From NCBI GenBank assembly GCA_036172245.1, contig JAYWIR010000010.1, positions 3,348,001 through 3,412,000 of the forward strand: a DNA stretch of 64,000 nt, read 5' to 3'. The notes beneath the pieces were generated by a model. That model did not search any database and was not told the origin of the DNA. It saw nothing but the letters and a program-made list of their open reading frames with translations. This stretch comes from Raillietiella orientalis (Eukaryota). The translations under genes and the position numbers were made by a program. Shown here in pieces: positions 52,001-64,000 of this stretch (position 1 is the first letter of the stretch; the number at the start of each line of letters is the position of its first letter).

Positions 52001-52159
52001 AGACGGTATGCAGCGACATCCAACCGCTTCTATGAGATGCACTGGGATCATCGGATGCGCTACCTCATGTGAGCTGCAGACGGGCAGAAAATCCTGGCTG
52101 CCGTTACTATGTGGAAATTGTGAAAAATTCTCCCTGGCATTCTATGTACTGTCCACCAA

Positions 52160-52330
52160 ATAACCTCCCGTAATTGTCAGCGTTATGCCAATAAAAAAGA
52201 GATCTCCCAGTGGTTGGCAAATGTCTGTTGCTATACAAAGACAAAGACAACTGCGGCTAAGAGTATCGTGGAAGAGATAGTCTGTTTCTTTGAGTCCCAT
52301 ACGCAAGGAGAACTGTCCAGACGTCACGAA
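52160..52330 (+). mobile_element. Possible LTR-retrotransposon integrase fragment
   Basis: KTKTTAAKSIVEEIVCFF resembles the rve core preceding GxPxxxxSD. Weak. Confidence 0.3.
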
Positions 52331-52989
52331 CGAAGCGTGGTTCAGGATCGACGTCGAATATCTGCACTGAAGTACGTCGGATTGCTGCAGTCGCTTTCCG
52401 TAGTTGATGGGCTTGCAGGAGATGCAAGGATGCTCCTCCAACAAGGAGGCAATCCAGAGAAGCAAGTAATTTGAGAGCTTCACCCTTCCATGTCATCTGC
52501 AGCCTTCCCACAAGAGAAGGGGCGCCAGTCTTTCTTCCAACAACCTCATTCTCCCTATAGCATCTCTGAGCCTTTCCCCGAGTTACACCTACTTCCCCTA
52601 GAGAAGAAAGGAACGGCGGACCGACGGGTTTAGTCTGCGGCAGTAAGAAAATTCAGCAGGTGAGTGCAAAAGCAAGGAGTGCCTCCCCATCCGTTTCTCG
52701 CATTCATCCACCTGCGTTTACATCACCGATTCCCAGAGGGGAGATGTCAAGAGAGAAGGAAAGATATGCGCCGCCTCCACCCAAAAGAAGGAAAATAAAG
52801 AAAAAGAAAATCGGTTTGTTATATTCCTCAGAGCATCTTTTCCTCCTCTCTGAAGAACGAGAACGCCCTTCAAGGTGGACGATCCACCGTCTCAAGTCTG
52901 GATTCATGAGCAACATCACCGAGGACAGAAAAGGTGGTGTTGGAAAAGGGGATGCCTGTCCTTCAAGAAGCAGCAGAATCATCCGATCT

Positions 52990-53230
52990 CAAAAATTGAA
53001 CAGCTGCCCTGTTTGCGAGCTCAGCTGCCTCACTCGCTAATGGAACCACCGAGGGCTGCCGCTCATTGAGAAGAACAGGGAAGCAGAGCAGCACGCTCTC
53101 ATCCGTCGCCAGCAGGAAGGCAACTTCTGGAAAGGGAGGCTATGGAAAGGAGATTCCAAGCCGAGGCTGAGTCACGATGGTGGTGGCGACGCATCCGGAG
53201 CGCTCAGGTGCGAGGAAACGATCGCTCTCC
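52990..53230 (+). mobile_element. Possible R2-like N-terminal zinc finger/Myb remnant
   Basis: SCPVCELSCLTR..H, QLLEREAM, HPERS. Confidence 0.3.
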
Positions 53231-53356
53231 AGTTCGAAAGCGAAAGTGCAGGCAAAGTCCGAGCTCCAGCCAGGGACCACCACCCGACCTCGAGGCAACC
53301 TAAAGGCAACCTTCGGATGGCTCCAGGAAGAGGAAGGCTCTGAGGAAGGATGCTAT

Positions 53357-53880
53357 CCTCATAAACCAGGATCTCCGAACCGTTTATTTAAAGCAATTGA
53401 ATGAAATTTTGCAAAGTTGTGGTACGCAAGAGAGACTCTTACCACGCAGCGCTCGCTTCCACCGACCGAGGCGCCATCCTCGCGTTCCTTCACCTGGAGA
53501 GCTTCGGATGAGAGTATTGGAGCTTTGGAGAGCATCTCACTCATGTTGCTAGGATGGAGATTGCCTCCGAGGTTTGAACCCGCCTCCTCGAGTTCGGTGT
53601 CAGGTTTCGGGACCGACGACACCCTGAGGACAACAACGTTCAGGTCCGACGGGTGCTTCGGCGGAGCTAAAGGATGCGAGCTTCACACTGGAGGCAGGAC
53701 TAGAGGACCAAGGGGAAGTAAATGAGTGGGGCGGACCGCTGCGTAGGGAAACAAATGGCGACATGATGATGATTAACCCGACTCCCGGGGGCCTGAAATT
53801 TTTTCACCTGATCACTGCCGGAGTGGCTGTTATTAGAAAATGAACGTTGGGAACTGAGTTCTCAGAAGAATCCCCGGGGA
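53357..53880 (-). repeat. Conserved non-coding module, copy 2 (with ~130 extra bp at ~53420-53560)
   Basis: Reverse-complement alignment to 23795-24197. Confidence 0.9.
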
Positions 53881-54300
53881 CTGAGTCGGAGAAGAAAGAA
53901 AGATAAGGAACTCTGATTCCAGGCCAGTTCTGACCACAGTCATCCTGAAGTTCCTTGTAATTCGCATCCCAATTGCCTCCATTTCCTCGGATCTTTGCAC
54001 GAGGACGCGAACGGCTCCTTGGTTGATGGCCACATTATTCTTCCACTTTGAAAGTGAAGTTCTAACGCATATGACAGAAGAGTGCCGGAGAGTATGAAGT
54101 TGTTTTTTCAGGAAAGGTGAATCTCCCTTCCGAGAAGGTCATGGGAGCATCACCGGAGGTATGCAGGGCTCATGCGATAAGCTTCCAGCCCTGCTAAAGC
54201 CTCATCCAATGAGAGGCATTCGGGAAAGGCTTTCAGTCGGAATGAGGGCATTCCTTAGGGACCGCACTCTCCGAGAAATGGAAATTCTGTCCATCTCGAA
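53880..54300 (-). mobile_element. Decayed R2-like C-terminus
   Basis: CGP.G(C)P..ESLS, AGSLSHEPCIP (GxxVxxEPxIP), EAIGMRI...LESEFLIF. Confidence 0.4.
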
Positions 54301-55349
54301 AGAATCCAGAGTGCCAGTCAGACGGAAGAAAGGGGATGCGGTCCACGGGGGCAGCAAACTCCACTGGGACGCTGAAAGTGGAGGCGCCGCGGCGTTGGGT
54401 GTCCCAGATCTAAAGGGGATAACAGGTGGACGTGAAGAATCAGAAGGGAATCAGAAAAGTACTGGGTCGGGAGCATCGTAACGACCAACGGCAAGAAAGG
54501 AGAGAATAGTAGCAGCAACATTGGGAGGATGATGACGCAAAAAATGGAGCATAAGGAGCAGCGCGGAGATCACCTTCCTAAATAAGAAAATTAATGTTTT
54601 TAAATATTTTGATGTAATATTTAATTGATTTCACAGAAGGAAGATGCCGAACTCCATGTCCTCGAAAGGAGCGTTAGATCTGGGAACACCACGTACCTCC
54701 CAGAATTCTTCGTGGAGTGCCGACGATCCAGGCAGTCTAGGAAAGCGCGAGCTTCCGGGACTCCTTGGATGTTCTCAAACGGGGGAGTTCTTGGTACCTC
54801 TCTCCTTTTCCATCCACGTCACAGGAGCCGGCGGAAGTTCTTCCTCACGGATCTCCACCCCTTTCCTTCTTTTTCTCTCTCTCTCTCTTTCCATTACCAT
54901 CCCTTTCGCCTCTCAGTCCAGTTCCCGAAAAAGGGAAGAGAGGAGGTGAAAGGGGACGAATGCATGTGGGAAGCGCTGCCGCTGGTGACTGATCTTCCTG
55001 TGTGCTTTAACTTCCACGATAAGCCCTTTTTTTGTCCCGTACCCTTCGCAGCACGTGGAAGGAAAAGCTGACCTCCTTGCGAGGCTGGTTCATCGTCAAG
55101 GGCAAAAGCAGGGGGGGAGGGGGAGAAACCAGGGCATGGCTGGCCGCTTGACTTTTCCAATATATCAGAGACAGAACACGTAGGAATGAGGAGAACGATT
55201 TCATCTCGTGCACGAATATGATACAGGATATCGCTGCCTGGGGAAGAATTGAAGAGGATCTCAGAGTTTGTCTCAAAACACCGAAATGACTGAGCTCAGA
55301 GCCACCCGATGGAGTTGCCAGAAGACCACCAGCCTCTCAGAACCGCGCA

Positions 55350-56200
55350 GCTTCGAAATTGAGACAAGCAGGCTCTGGGTCCAATGGAAGGAATCCTGGA
55401 GACGAACGATTGGCTGTGGGCTGGAATCCCTGGCAGTAAACCCGTCCGGCAAAAGCCCCCGTCTCGAAGCATGGTACGGAGTCTGCCCAGCAGCAGCCCA
55501 GAACGCTGGTTGCATCTCAGGAGCATTTGAATGTTGATAGACTCGAAATGCTCATGAGAATCCGTGCACTGCTTGATGCACACTGTTTTCGCAACCAAGG
55601 GAGCGCGAGACCACGGGAAGGCTGGACTTCCGTACCAGACCCACTGATACGGCACAACCTCTTCGTTCTTAAGGCAAAGCGTGCAGAAGATTGCAAATAG
55701 CGCTTTGTTCTCTTTGAAATGGCTGGGAAAAGATTTCATGCAAGAACCAGATGCTGAGATCGCATCTAATACTAACATCTGGACAGCACAATGGAACAAC
55801 TGAGCTTCAGGGTCTTTACTTGACCCTGGACAACACGATGGGAATGTTTTCGTTCCACAAGCGTCTGAGTGTCGGCCGATGGGATGAACCCAGAATATTC
55901 AAGTGCGAGAATATCAATCGGAAACAGTGCGCATGCAGATTTGTTGTTCGGGAAGAGCCGCATCTGCCCATTCCCAGTGACCTTGTGAGAATTCCCAGTC
56001 CTGTCGCCAGAATTTTCACTCATATTGTTCTTTCAAAGCTTTTTAAGGGAGAGAGCAATCATTGTCTGGAAAGGTGGTCTATCTTTTCCGAAATGAGTCC
56101 AGGCTCTTTATCTCTTCTTCCTGAAGAACATGTAGTTCTGAAAGGTGGCATCATTCCTGCCCAAACTGTGCTTCTAGTGCGCGCTCCTGAAGTCTGATGC
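55350..56200 (+). mobile_element. Decayed R2-like thumb-RLE
   Basis: LAVNPSGK (LKPxQK), HGKAGLP, FVVREEPHLPIPSDLVRIP, KGGIIPAQT. Confidence 0.5.
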
Positions 56201-58646
56201 TCAGCAGCACCATTCTTCTGCTAATCTCTAGTACAGAACCTTTAGTTCTCCCAATACGTCGTTGTTCGCGGACCGCCACAAAGACCTCTCTCACCGGTGC
56301 AGACTGCTTCTTTAGTGACGAATTGGAACTGCTTGCACGTCGACCACTGGCTGCTAGAAGCAACTCACGGCGGTGAAAATTACAGCATCGTTCCTTAAAA
56401 CTGGATGACTGTTATGGCTGGGCAAACTCAAGCATGGAGACCGAGGAGAGTTCCCGGTCATTATTTCATGGGTAGGAGGAATCGTAGGAAGTTTCAGCAT
56501 TGTTCACTATGAGCCCGTCTCGTATGTCTTTCCTCACCTAACTCTTTACCGCTCAAAGGTATGGACTCTGCTTTTGAGAATTTCAAAGCCTCTTTGCAGC
56601 ACATCCTTGCATCTTCATATGCCTCTCTTCCTTCCGAATATGAGGAACCATGGATTCATATCAAATTTCCAGATCACTTTCCAGAATCAGCCTTCCTGAG
56701 TACCTCGAATTTTTACATCGCGGCTCTGTACGCTTATGATGATCCCATGGGACTTCAGGGAAGGGAACAGACAGCTGGATGCTCCAAGGAGAAGTCAAAG
56801 CACGAGTGGCATTTACTTTCCGCCTCTGAAGAATCGATGCATTCCAATCCTCTTTTCTTTTCTTTTTCTTTTTTTTTTTGAGAGTAGAGAACTCAGTACC
56901 TCGAGTGCTCGATCTTTCGGACCTCATTTACACCTGGCTGATTTATGAGCTATCTCGAGGTCATTCTTTGAAAAAAAAAAAAAAAAACACTTGCTTCTCG
57001 GAGTACACCTTTTTGTTTTTTTTTCCCGAAAGTGGCTCACTAGGTCTTACGGAAGCGAATCTTCCCGTCGTGTTGATATGGGATGATGAATGGCTCTCAA
57101 GTGAAGGAGGAGCTCTTCCTGACGAAAGTTCCTGGGTACAGGCAGCTCCACAGACGATCCGGAGCGAATCCACAATGAAAGTCACGATTAGCGGAGAACA
57201 TCGGTGTGTGGCCTGTCTGGAGAAAGGATCCGTCATCGCGGATGCTGCATTAAAACGCCTGCCTTCTCCAATCTCAATTTTAGTCTCACGAACAGAAATC
57301 CACAGAAGACAAAACGAACTTCTGGAACCGCAGCAGCCATTCGGGACACCGAAGTGTGTCTTCCAAGGTGAATCCCCATCCAGGACATTCAAAACCGATT
57401 GTTTTCACGGATGATTTTAGTCACACGCGGCTGCTCAGCAGCAGTAGTTTGATAAAATCTGGCGAGAACACCGAAGCGGAAAGCGCAAGCTTTGATCTCC
57501 GAACTTCAATCAGGTTTCGCTTCCTCGATTGCTATCTCCTATCCCCTTTTGTGTTCTTCATCAAACACCTATCCATCTTTAGAGGCGACATCAGCCAAGA
57601 ACAACTTCCTGATGGAATCTGGATTCCTGAAGCTCACTGAGACAACAGATCTATTTTGGTTGAGCGTTTTTTTGGAATTCTTGGATAACGAGAGTTCCAA
57701 GAGAATACGGAAGAGCATGTGAACCGAATACAATAATAAACTGCTAATATTCCAGGATAGAATATTCAGGAGAGAGACTGTTTAAGGAGCACCTTGGGAA
57801 GCATCTGGAGAAAAGCTACGAATTCAGAGTAATTGTGTTGCTGACCCTGTATGTTTCTCGGAGTGCTTTGACATCGTGTATTTCATCTCCTGTTGATGCT
57901 TTTATCAAAAACTCTGCACCTTTCTATCGGAAGTCCAGAAAGAAAAATACCAACGTTGCATATTCGCAGCACAAGCATCTCTTCCTCCTGACCCTTTGTC
58001 TATCGAAGTGACCAATAAAAGGGTTGCAGAATCATACGAAAGAACGTCTACTAATTGATCACAAGTACCTTCATGAGAGATTATGGCTCAGATAATGATG
58101 ACTGGTAGATGGATTTTTTCTCTGGGGATCACGAATGAAGAAAAAGGAGATGAAACTGGGATCATATGCAGGAAACTCCCTCGTTTCTTTCCTGGAAACT
58201 TGAAAGAGTTGTCTCCGTTCAGAGGTCATAGTTTTTCGAAATTTCTGATGATAACCAAAAGGACTCTTGACATAGAGCAGTACGCTCTGTGTCTGGATGC
58301 AGAGCGTCCTGAGAAGCAAATAAGCTTACGTCCTAAGGCATGATAGGCAAATGAAGAAATTCCCGTCTTCCTGCATTACCGAAACTTCTCCAGAAGGTTG
58401 GGATTTCAGCTGGAGATCTAGTGTGTGTGAAAGATGCTAACCAACAATCCTGTTAATCATCCATAAAACCCTGAAGAAGACAAAAGCCAAAGTCTTTCGG
58501 TAAAGCAAAGGCATTCTTTTCTCTGAGCAGCTATGGGATGAAAAAAAAGGTGAGCGGTGGAAAATGCAAAGTCGAGCTGAATCGCCTCAGATCAGAAAGC
58601 CGCTTTTTGTCCTCATCATGCTGAAGTCCATCTAACAAAGGTGAAG

Positions 58647-58800
58647 ACATTTACATATAACACATTTACATTTACATATTAGGGGACAAAGCAAGGCTGA
58701 ACTACATTTCCAGCCGCCCACCTCGAGCTCCTGGTTAAAACGTGTTCGTTTCTTGAATCTCGGTCTGTTACCGAACAACATACTTGAATAAGAAGGTTCT
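58647..58800 (-). mobile_element. CR1/L2-like LINE 3' end
   Basis: On the minus strand: FKK motif, hairpin GGCTGGAAATGTAGTTCAGCC, then a (TGTAAA)n-like tail. Confidence 0.4.
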
Positions 58801-61800
58801 CTCCTTGTGGCAGAACAACATCTGGCGTCACTTCGTATGATTTCTTGGAACTTTGGTTCCTCTACTATTTGTAAGTTCAGATATCATCGGATTATGATGC
58901 TACTCAAGTGATGGCATCTCGGAAGTGCAGCATCTAACGAACAGTGCTTCCTGTTATACTACATTTGCTGAAATATTTAAATACTTTCCATCAAAAAAAA
59001 CGGCACAAAAAAAAACAACGAAATGCAGTGCTTTTTTCCCTTCCCTTTCTTTTTCTTGAAAGAATTATCGTTTTCCTAAACGAACATCATTCCGGAATGC
59101 ACCTGAACAAATTCCAATTTCTTCCATTGATCCTCCTTGGGTTTACCCGAATTTCGATTTCGGTTCTAATCATGCAGATCCTGTCAATTGATCACCCTCG
59201 ATCTCAAGAGGATCTGAGATGTCTCCAGGTCTACCGTTTTCATAGGTTGTTCTAGATCTGAATGGAAGGAAAATCGATGGATGGTCCGACTAGTCCGCGG
59301 AATGATCTCAGGAATAATCTGCCCATTTCGCATCGTTTGGGTCTGCATGTGGATGTCCATTCTCTGTTTCGCAATGATCGGATTTTCTGCTGCCACTTCC
59401 TGACGGTTTTATCGGAACTCTTTTTTTTTTTAAATGCAGCCCCTCACTAACGATGACTGTGTCGGACAACCAAAGATGGAGGGTGAGCCCGGTTCCGTCG
59501 ATCGAAGAACCCCCACCACGTTTGCCTTTCGCACCCACCGAAGAAGACGCACAGCGGGGGATGACCTCAGATAGCCTTCCAGCATTAGGAAGATCAAAAA
59601 ACTGCTTTTTTCAACTCTCGTCAAAGCTGAGTGGTCCACATCTGATTGCGTGGTGGCATACAAACGCGCAGGCGCTGAGAGTCCCAACACAGCTTCAAGG
59701 CGCTCGCCACTGACTCAGCTTGTACCGTCCGAAGATGTTCCGCAAGATGACTTGCGCAGTACTTTTTAGAGACCAGTTTTGTTTCAACAAGATATGGGCG
59801 CGGAGCACTGGTTTGTGCTGGGAAGTCTGCTCGGAGAAGACGGCAATGTCATGAAACATGAAAAACCACTGAGATAACCTTGGTTCAAGGCTTCGGTATG
59901 TATAATAAATGTCTAGGAGGATTTCCCACAGTTCTCTCCATTTGGTCATCCGATGAAAGGCTCGCTGGCAGCTGTTCATCCTGTCTGGCGTGCTAGAAGG
60001 TGCGCCAGCAGTGCATGCCCCGGTTGTGCTGCGTATTGGCGCACACCACCATTCTCTTCAGCATGCCTTTTATCTTCGAGGGGGAGGTCACATGTTCTCT
60101 GGGAGCCTCGTCGCTCTTCAGGTCACAGGGATCCCATTACCAATGCTCACATGGGAGCCAGTAGGTCTCTGGAGAAGAAAAGGAGAGATATTTCTGGGTT
60201 TGGTGTTTTTTCCTCGTCGCGCTTCTGACGATGCTGCTGCCACCGCGTTTTGATTTGGACAAGCGGCATCGAGTGCGATGTCTTCCACCTTCTGGAAGGC
60301 ATCTCTTGTGATGGGAAGTCGATTTAGTCTGCAGGCTGTAGGAAAACTGCTTGGCCAGATTCCGAGCAAAACTGACAGCCTCTCTTCTCAAATGATGCCT
60401 CTCAACAAGGCTGCAGCAATTGTAGGGAGATGTGACCTAAGAAGGTGAAACTAAAAAGAATTCCAGTATTCACTTTGAGGTTGTGAGCACCCAGCACATA
60501 TGCAAAAGACAAGAGAACTTTCCCGGTGCTTCCTTGTTGCTGGAGTGATTGGCATCACTTCAGGTGACTTTTCGTTTCTAGATGAACCCACTGTTGTTGC
60601 GACTGGTCCCTGAGGGTGGTTCTTCTGGATTAAGTCAAAGCAATCGGAAAACGCGAGTCTTCAGGTACTTTTTCAGCATCCTTTGCCGTGACAGTCTTCA
60701 GGTTTTTTCACCACTCACTCGTCCGCAGCCAAGCCCTGTGTTCTGAGCTTGCATTCAAAATGCATTCCATGTGAGATAAGCCGAAATGGATTAAAAGGGG
60801 GAAAAAATGCAGACGGATTGATTACGTGCCATTTTCAGCCAAAGGACCTAAACAGGAAAGCAGGAAATACAAATCTTGGAAATCAGCTTCCCGAATGGCT
60901 TGTTTGTGAGATTTCCATCGAAGTATCCATCCATTCATACTCGAGCCACTACGTTCATCATGGCTGCATTCTTGTAAAGCAGCATCAGAACAGCAAAAGC
61001 ATGCTCTTTCGTTGAGCGTTGCGTGAAGCTCGATGAGCTCCCTGACAGGCCCTGAGTCTGTTCCCCCTCTTTCTATAGAGTTTGACCCTACGAATTTTCG
61101 CCAAACAAGAACACTTGTATTCGTGAGTCTTCAGATGGGAAAATGATTTCCATCCTCGACTGGAATCTACAGTAGAAACTGTCATGTTTCATCTATTATG
61201 GATATGGCGTTCACGGCATCGGTTGCTCCGTCTCTTGAAGAACAGCTTCAGGGGCATCACTTGGGCATTTCTGAGCTTCTGAGAACCCACGATGCTCTTC
61301 CATTACCCGTACCACTTAGCTCTCGAGTGATTTCTTGGAGGCATCCGTCGTTCATGCTGTCCGGAAATATTTTCTTCCACAAGAATCTCCCAATAAAAAA
61401 AAACGCTAATCCACCCATTATGACTGTTTGCTTCGAATTCACCTCCAGAAGAAAATAACGCTTCTTTACTGATTTCATCTGCCTCATCTGAAGATCACCT
61501 TGTTGTCCCATCTTAACGGATACATCCTCAGTAAAATCGCTGTTCCTTCTTGTGCTATAACTCAGAAGAAAAATTCCTAAATGTTCGAGCTGATGACGAT
61601 GGGAAAAAATAAATGGGAGCGTTCTGTCTGTGGTTTTCAGGAGGTGGACTCGGGCGCATGAGCTTGAAGAAGCATCTCCGAGCCCTTGCCAATTAAGTTG
61701 TGGTTTTTTTGATGGAGGAATACACACACATGAACTTTTAATTTCTGTAAACTCTGATCTTTCCGTTGTTGCTGTTGTTTCCTCGGAATCTGCAGTGAAG

Positions 61801-62160
61801 AGGATGAAACAACTAAGCTGCATTATTTTTCCATCGGTTCATTCCAGCTTGTATAGATCGGCAAGTTTGGTTGATGAGCAGTTAATTGAGGTGGGGAATC
61901 AGTTCAGTAAAATTAGAATTATGTGGTCTCAAAGGAATGTAAAATTCAGTGATAGTTTAATTATGTTTCTTCGTTGGTTGAATGTTTCTAAACCTCAAAT
62001 TATTTGTGCAGATAAATTCGTATCAGTTATGAAGATAGAGATTAGTAATGTTAGGCTGCAGGTTGTGGAAATCTGATATCCTGAGGCTGATTACTCTTGC
62101 TGTCCATTTTTCAGCAAAAGTAGTTAGTAGCTGTTTAAAAAAACTTATTTTTACTGTTCG

Positions 62161-62166
<6 letters not shown>

Positions 62167-62196
<30 letters not shown>
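62167..62196 (+). repeat. Poly(A)30 tract
   Basis: Direct inspection. Confidence 0.9.
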
Positions 62197-62198
<2 letters not shown>

Positions 62199-62299
62199 AT
62201 TCTGATACAGGAATTTTTTTTCCAGTGATGTTTCAAAAGAGGAATCTCCTGTATCAAGAACAGCATCCATGACTGAGAACTTTTGGCTTTTGATTTCAC

Positions 62300-62740
62300 A
62301 GAGACCAAAAGTTGTTTCCTGATCCCACCAAACTACAAAGAGTCATTCGAGCATTAGATAGCTGTCAGGGAGAGCAAGAACGTCCAAAATGCTGTACACT
62401 CAGGAGTCAAGTCCGTGGGAAAATCCGATACCTAAGACCGTGTGTAAGATGCAGTCGATTAGTACTAAATGAGGTGCTCAGAAGGATGAATAACTCCCAG
62501 AAAGATCTTGCGCGATAGCTGAAGTAGGAACGGCACAAGGAAGCGGATATCCCTTCTAAGCCCCCGTGCTTGTACTTGCATGGATCGCGCTGTGTACAGA
62601 TCGTTTCGAAGAAAAAGACAGCCGTTCCGGTGTAGATTGCAAGATATGACCCTCCGTAAATTCATCTCCAAAACGTAATGACATCCGACAAACGAAAATA
62701 AAGGGCCCGACGCGAATTCGATATTCGCTAGCACTTTGGA
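62300..62740 (+). mobile_element. Decayed reverse transcriptase fragment, class unresolved
   Basis: VRESKNVQNAV (FRxxKSxxxAV), SDT..DAVD, VGTAQGS, a degenerate YxDD position, and KT/FD motifs, in order. Confidence 0.45.
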
Positions 62741-63042
62741 CACTGTGCCAGATCAATGCTGAACGTGGATTTTTCTTCTCGGTGGATTTTTTTCATGATA
62801 ATTCGAAACGAAGCGAAGAGCTTCCTTCATAACTTTCCCCCTCCCCCCCTCCCTGAAACATTCAAGTCTTAGGTACACCAAAAATGATTTCGAAAATGAG
62901 AGGAAGCACCATGGAGATCTAGAAAACACCCACGATTTAAATTTCGAGAGGCCTTCAGAAATCCACCCTCGAAAAGAGGAAAAAATACCTACCCCCCATA
63001 ATAATGTGGAAGAAAGAAAAAAGCGATACAAGGAGTTACAAG

Positions 63043-63366
63043 AAGATCGGACAAGGGTTCACCATCAGCCGCGAGGAGGACGGCGTGGGGCTGCACAACC
63101 GGTCCCAGGCCAATCTCTTCGTCAACTCCCCGGCCCTCAACAGGCCCCCTGAGCGCACTTCTGTCTACAAGCTCTTCCCGGGCTACTCGATCAAGATCCA
63201 CGACTACCACCACGCCGGGCACGCCGGCCGGAGGCCCTGGCCCTCGCCGACGCTCCAGACCCGCGACTTGGATGGACCTCGCAATTACAACTCGGTGCGC
63301 GTCTCCTTTGCCAAGGGTTGGGGACCCAACCACACGCGCCGCGACGTGCTCAGCTGTCCCTGCTAA
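63043..63366 (+). pseudogene. Inhibitory Smad (Smad6/7/Dad-like) MH2 C-terminal fragment, probably a pseudogene
   Basis: KIGQGFTISREEDGVGLHNRSQANLFVNSPAL..VYKLFPGYSIKIHDY...DGPRNYNSVRVSFAKGWGPNHTRRDVLSCPC* matches I-Smad MH2 (VNSPTL, PGYSIK, NSVRISFAKGWGP, SCPCWLE). Stop in place of the WLE tail; conserved GVW appears as GVG; no pyrimidine-rich acceptor upstream. Confidence 0.88.
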
Positions 63367-64000
63367 CGTTCTATAAGCCAGCAAAACGAAGTGCTGTCCA
63401 TCGTGACTCAAGAAGGCCCTGGAGTCGTCGAGATCCAACGGAACGTTAAGACTGCTCAAAGCACTACGGCAGCGGTTCAGATAGCTGCAGTGGAGTTTGC
63501 GCCGATTCCATAAACCTGCTCGCTTGCCCAAAAGCTCGTGGTCGGAATTGGATCACTTTGTGTCTATCGAGAGCATCGTTCCTATGGAATCGGCGTTTGA
63601 TGCAGCTGCTCCGCCAACGATCTCCTCGGAAGCATCGTGAAGGCGCAGCCGTCACGCCGTGCAACTGCGGCGCTCATGCCTCGCGCTCCTCAACCACCTC
63701 CCAAACATTCCCGGAAACGATCGGATCAAAAGCAACGGAGTGATGCAACCGGAAACTTCGAGGCGCAGATTTCGTGTTCGCATGGATTTTCCTCCTGCAC
63801 GAAATTTTCCCCTGCCTCACAGACGACGAATTCTTCATGCTCCGGTCGAGCAGATTCTTTTCTAGAAAATGGACTCGCCTTTTCTACGTAGAGCCGCCTT
63901 CAAAACTTTCGAACAAACCCCCCGTGGGATTGAAGCGCCCCCCTCCTTCCCATATTGAACGAACCATTCAACAGTGGAAGTCCATCCTCGAAGGTGGCCT

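Noticed and set aside
1..64000. Prokaryotic operon, defence system or CRISPR array
   Set aside because: No long ORFs or gene-dense organisation, and no repeat-spacer array seen. Spliceosomal exons, Smad and H2B indicate animal nuclear DNA. The ~40-bp subrepeats lack unique spacers.

Overview
Eukaryotic, animal nuclear DNA (inferred protostome/arthropod-like). No prokaryotic operon, CRISPR array, rRNA or complete tRNA was seen. The left end carries the 5' part of a spliced Dpr/zig-8-like Ig-superfamily gene on the minus strand: exons at 4295-4377 and 1-146, plus a candidate signal-peptide exon at 9587-9656. None of these exons is in the ORF track. Most of the remainder is a graveyard of heavily decayed transposons, recognisable only by collinear protein motifs across frameshifts. 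About 15 are remnants of restriction-like-endonuclease (RLE) non-LTR retrotransposons (R2-like and NeSL/Utopia-like). Others resemble L1/Tx1, RTE, R1, CR1/L2, Gypsy, Penelope, PIF/Harbinger and Merlin elements. There is also a hAT-Charlie MITE and a three-copy LTR-like repeat. Two orphan host-gene fragments are embedded: histone H2B and the MH2 C-terminus of an inhibitory Smad. The most interesting signals are the concentration, tandem arraying and nesting of normally site-specific RLE elements with no rDNA or U2 target visible, and a conserved ~400-bp module directly downstream of two such elements. All TE calls are by-eye motif matches with approximate coordinates; no searches were run.
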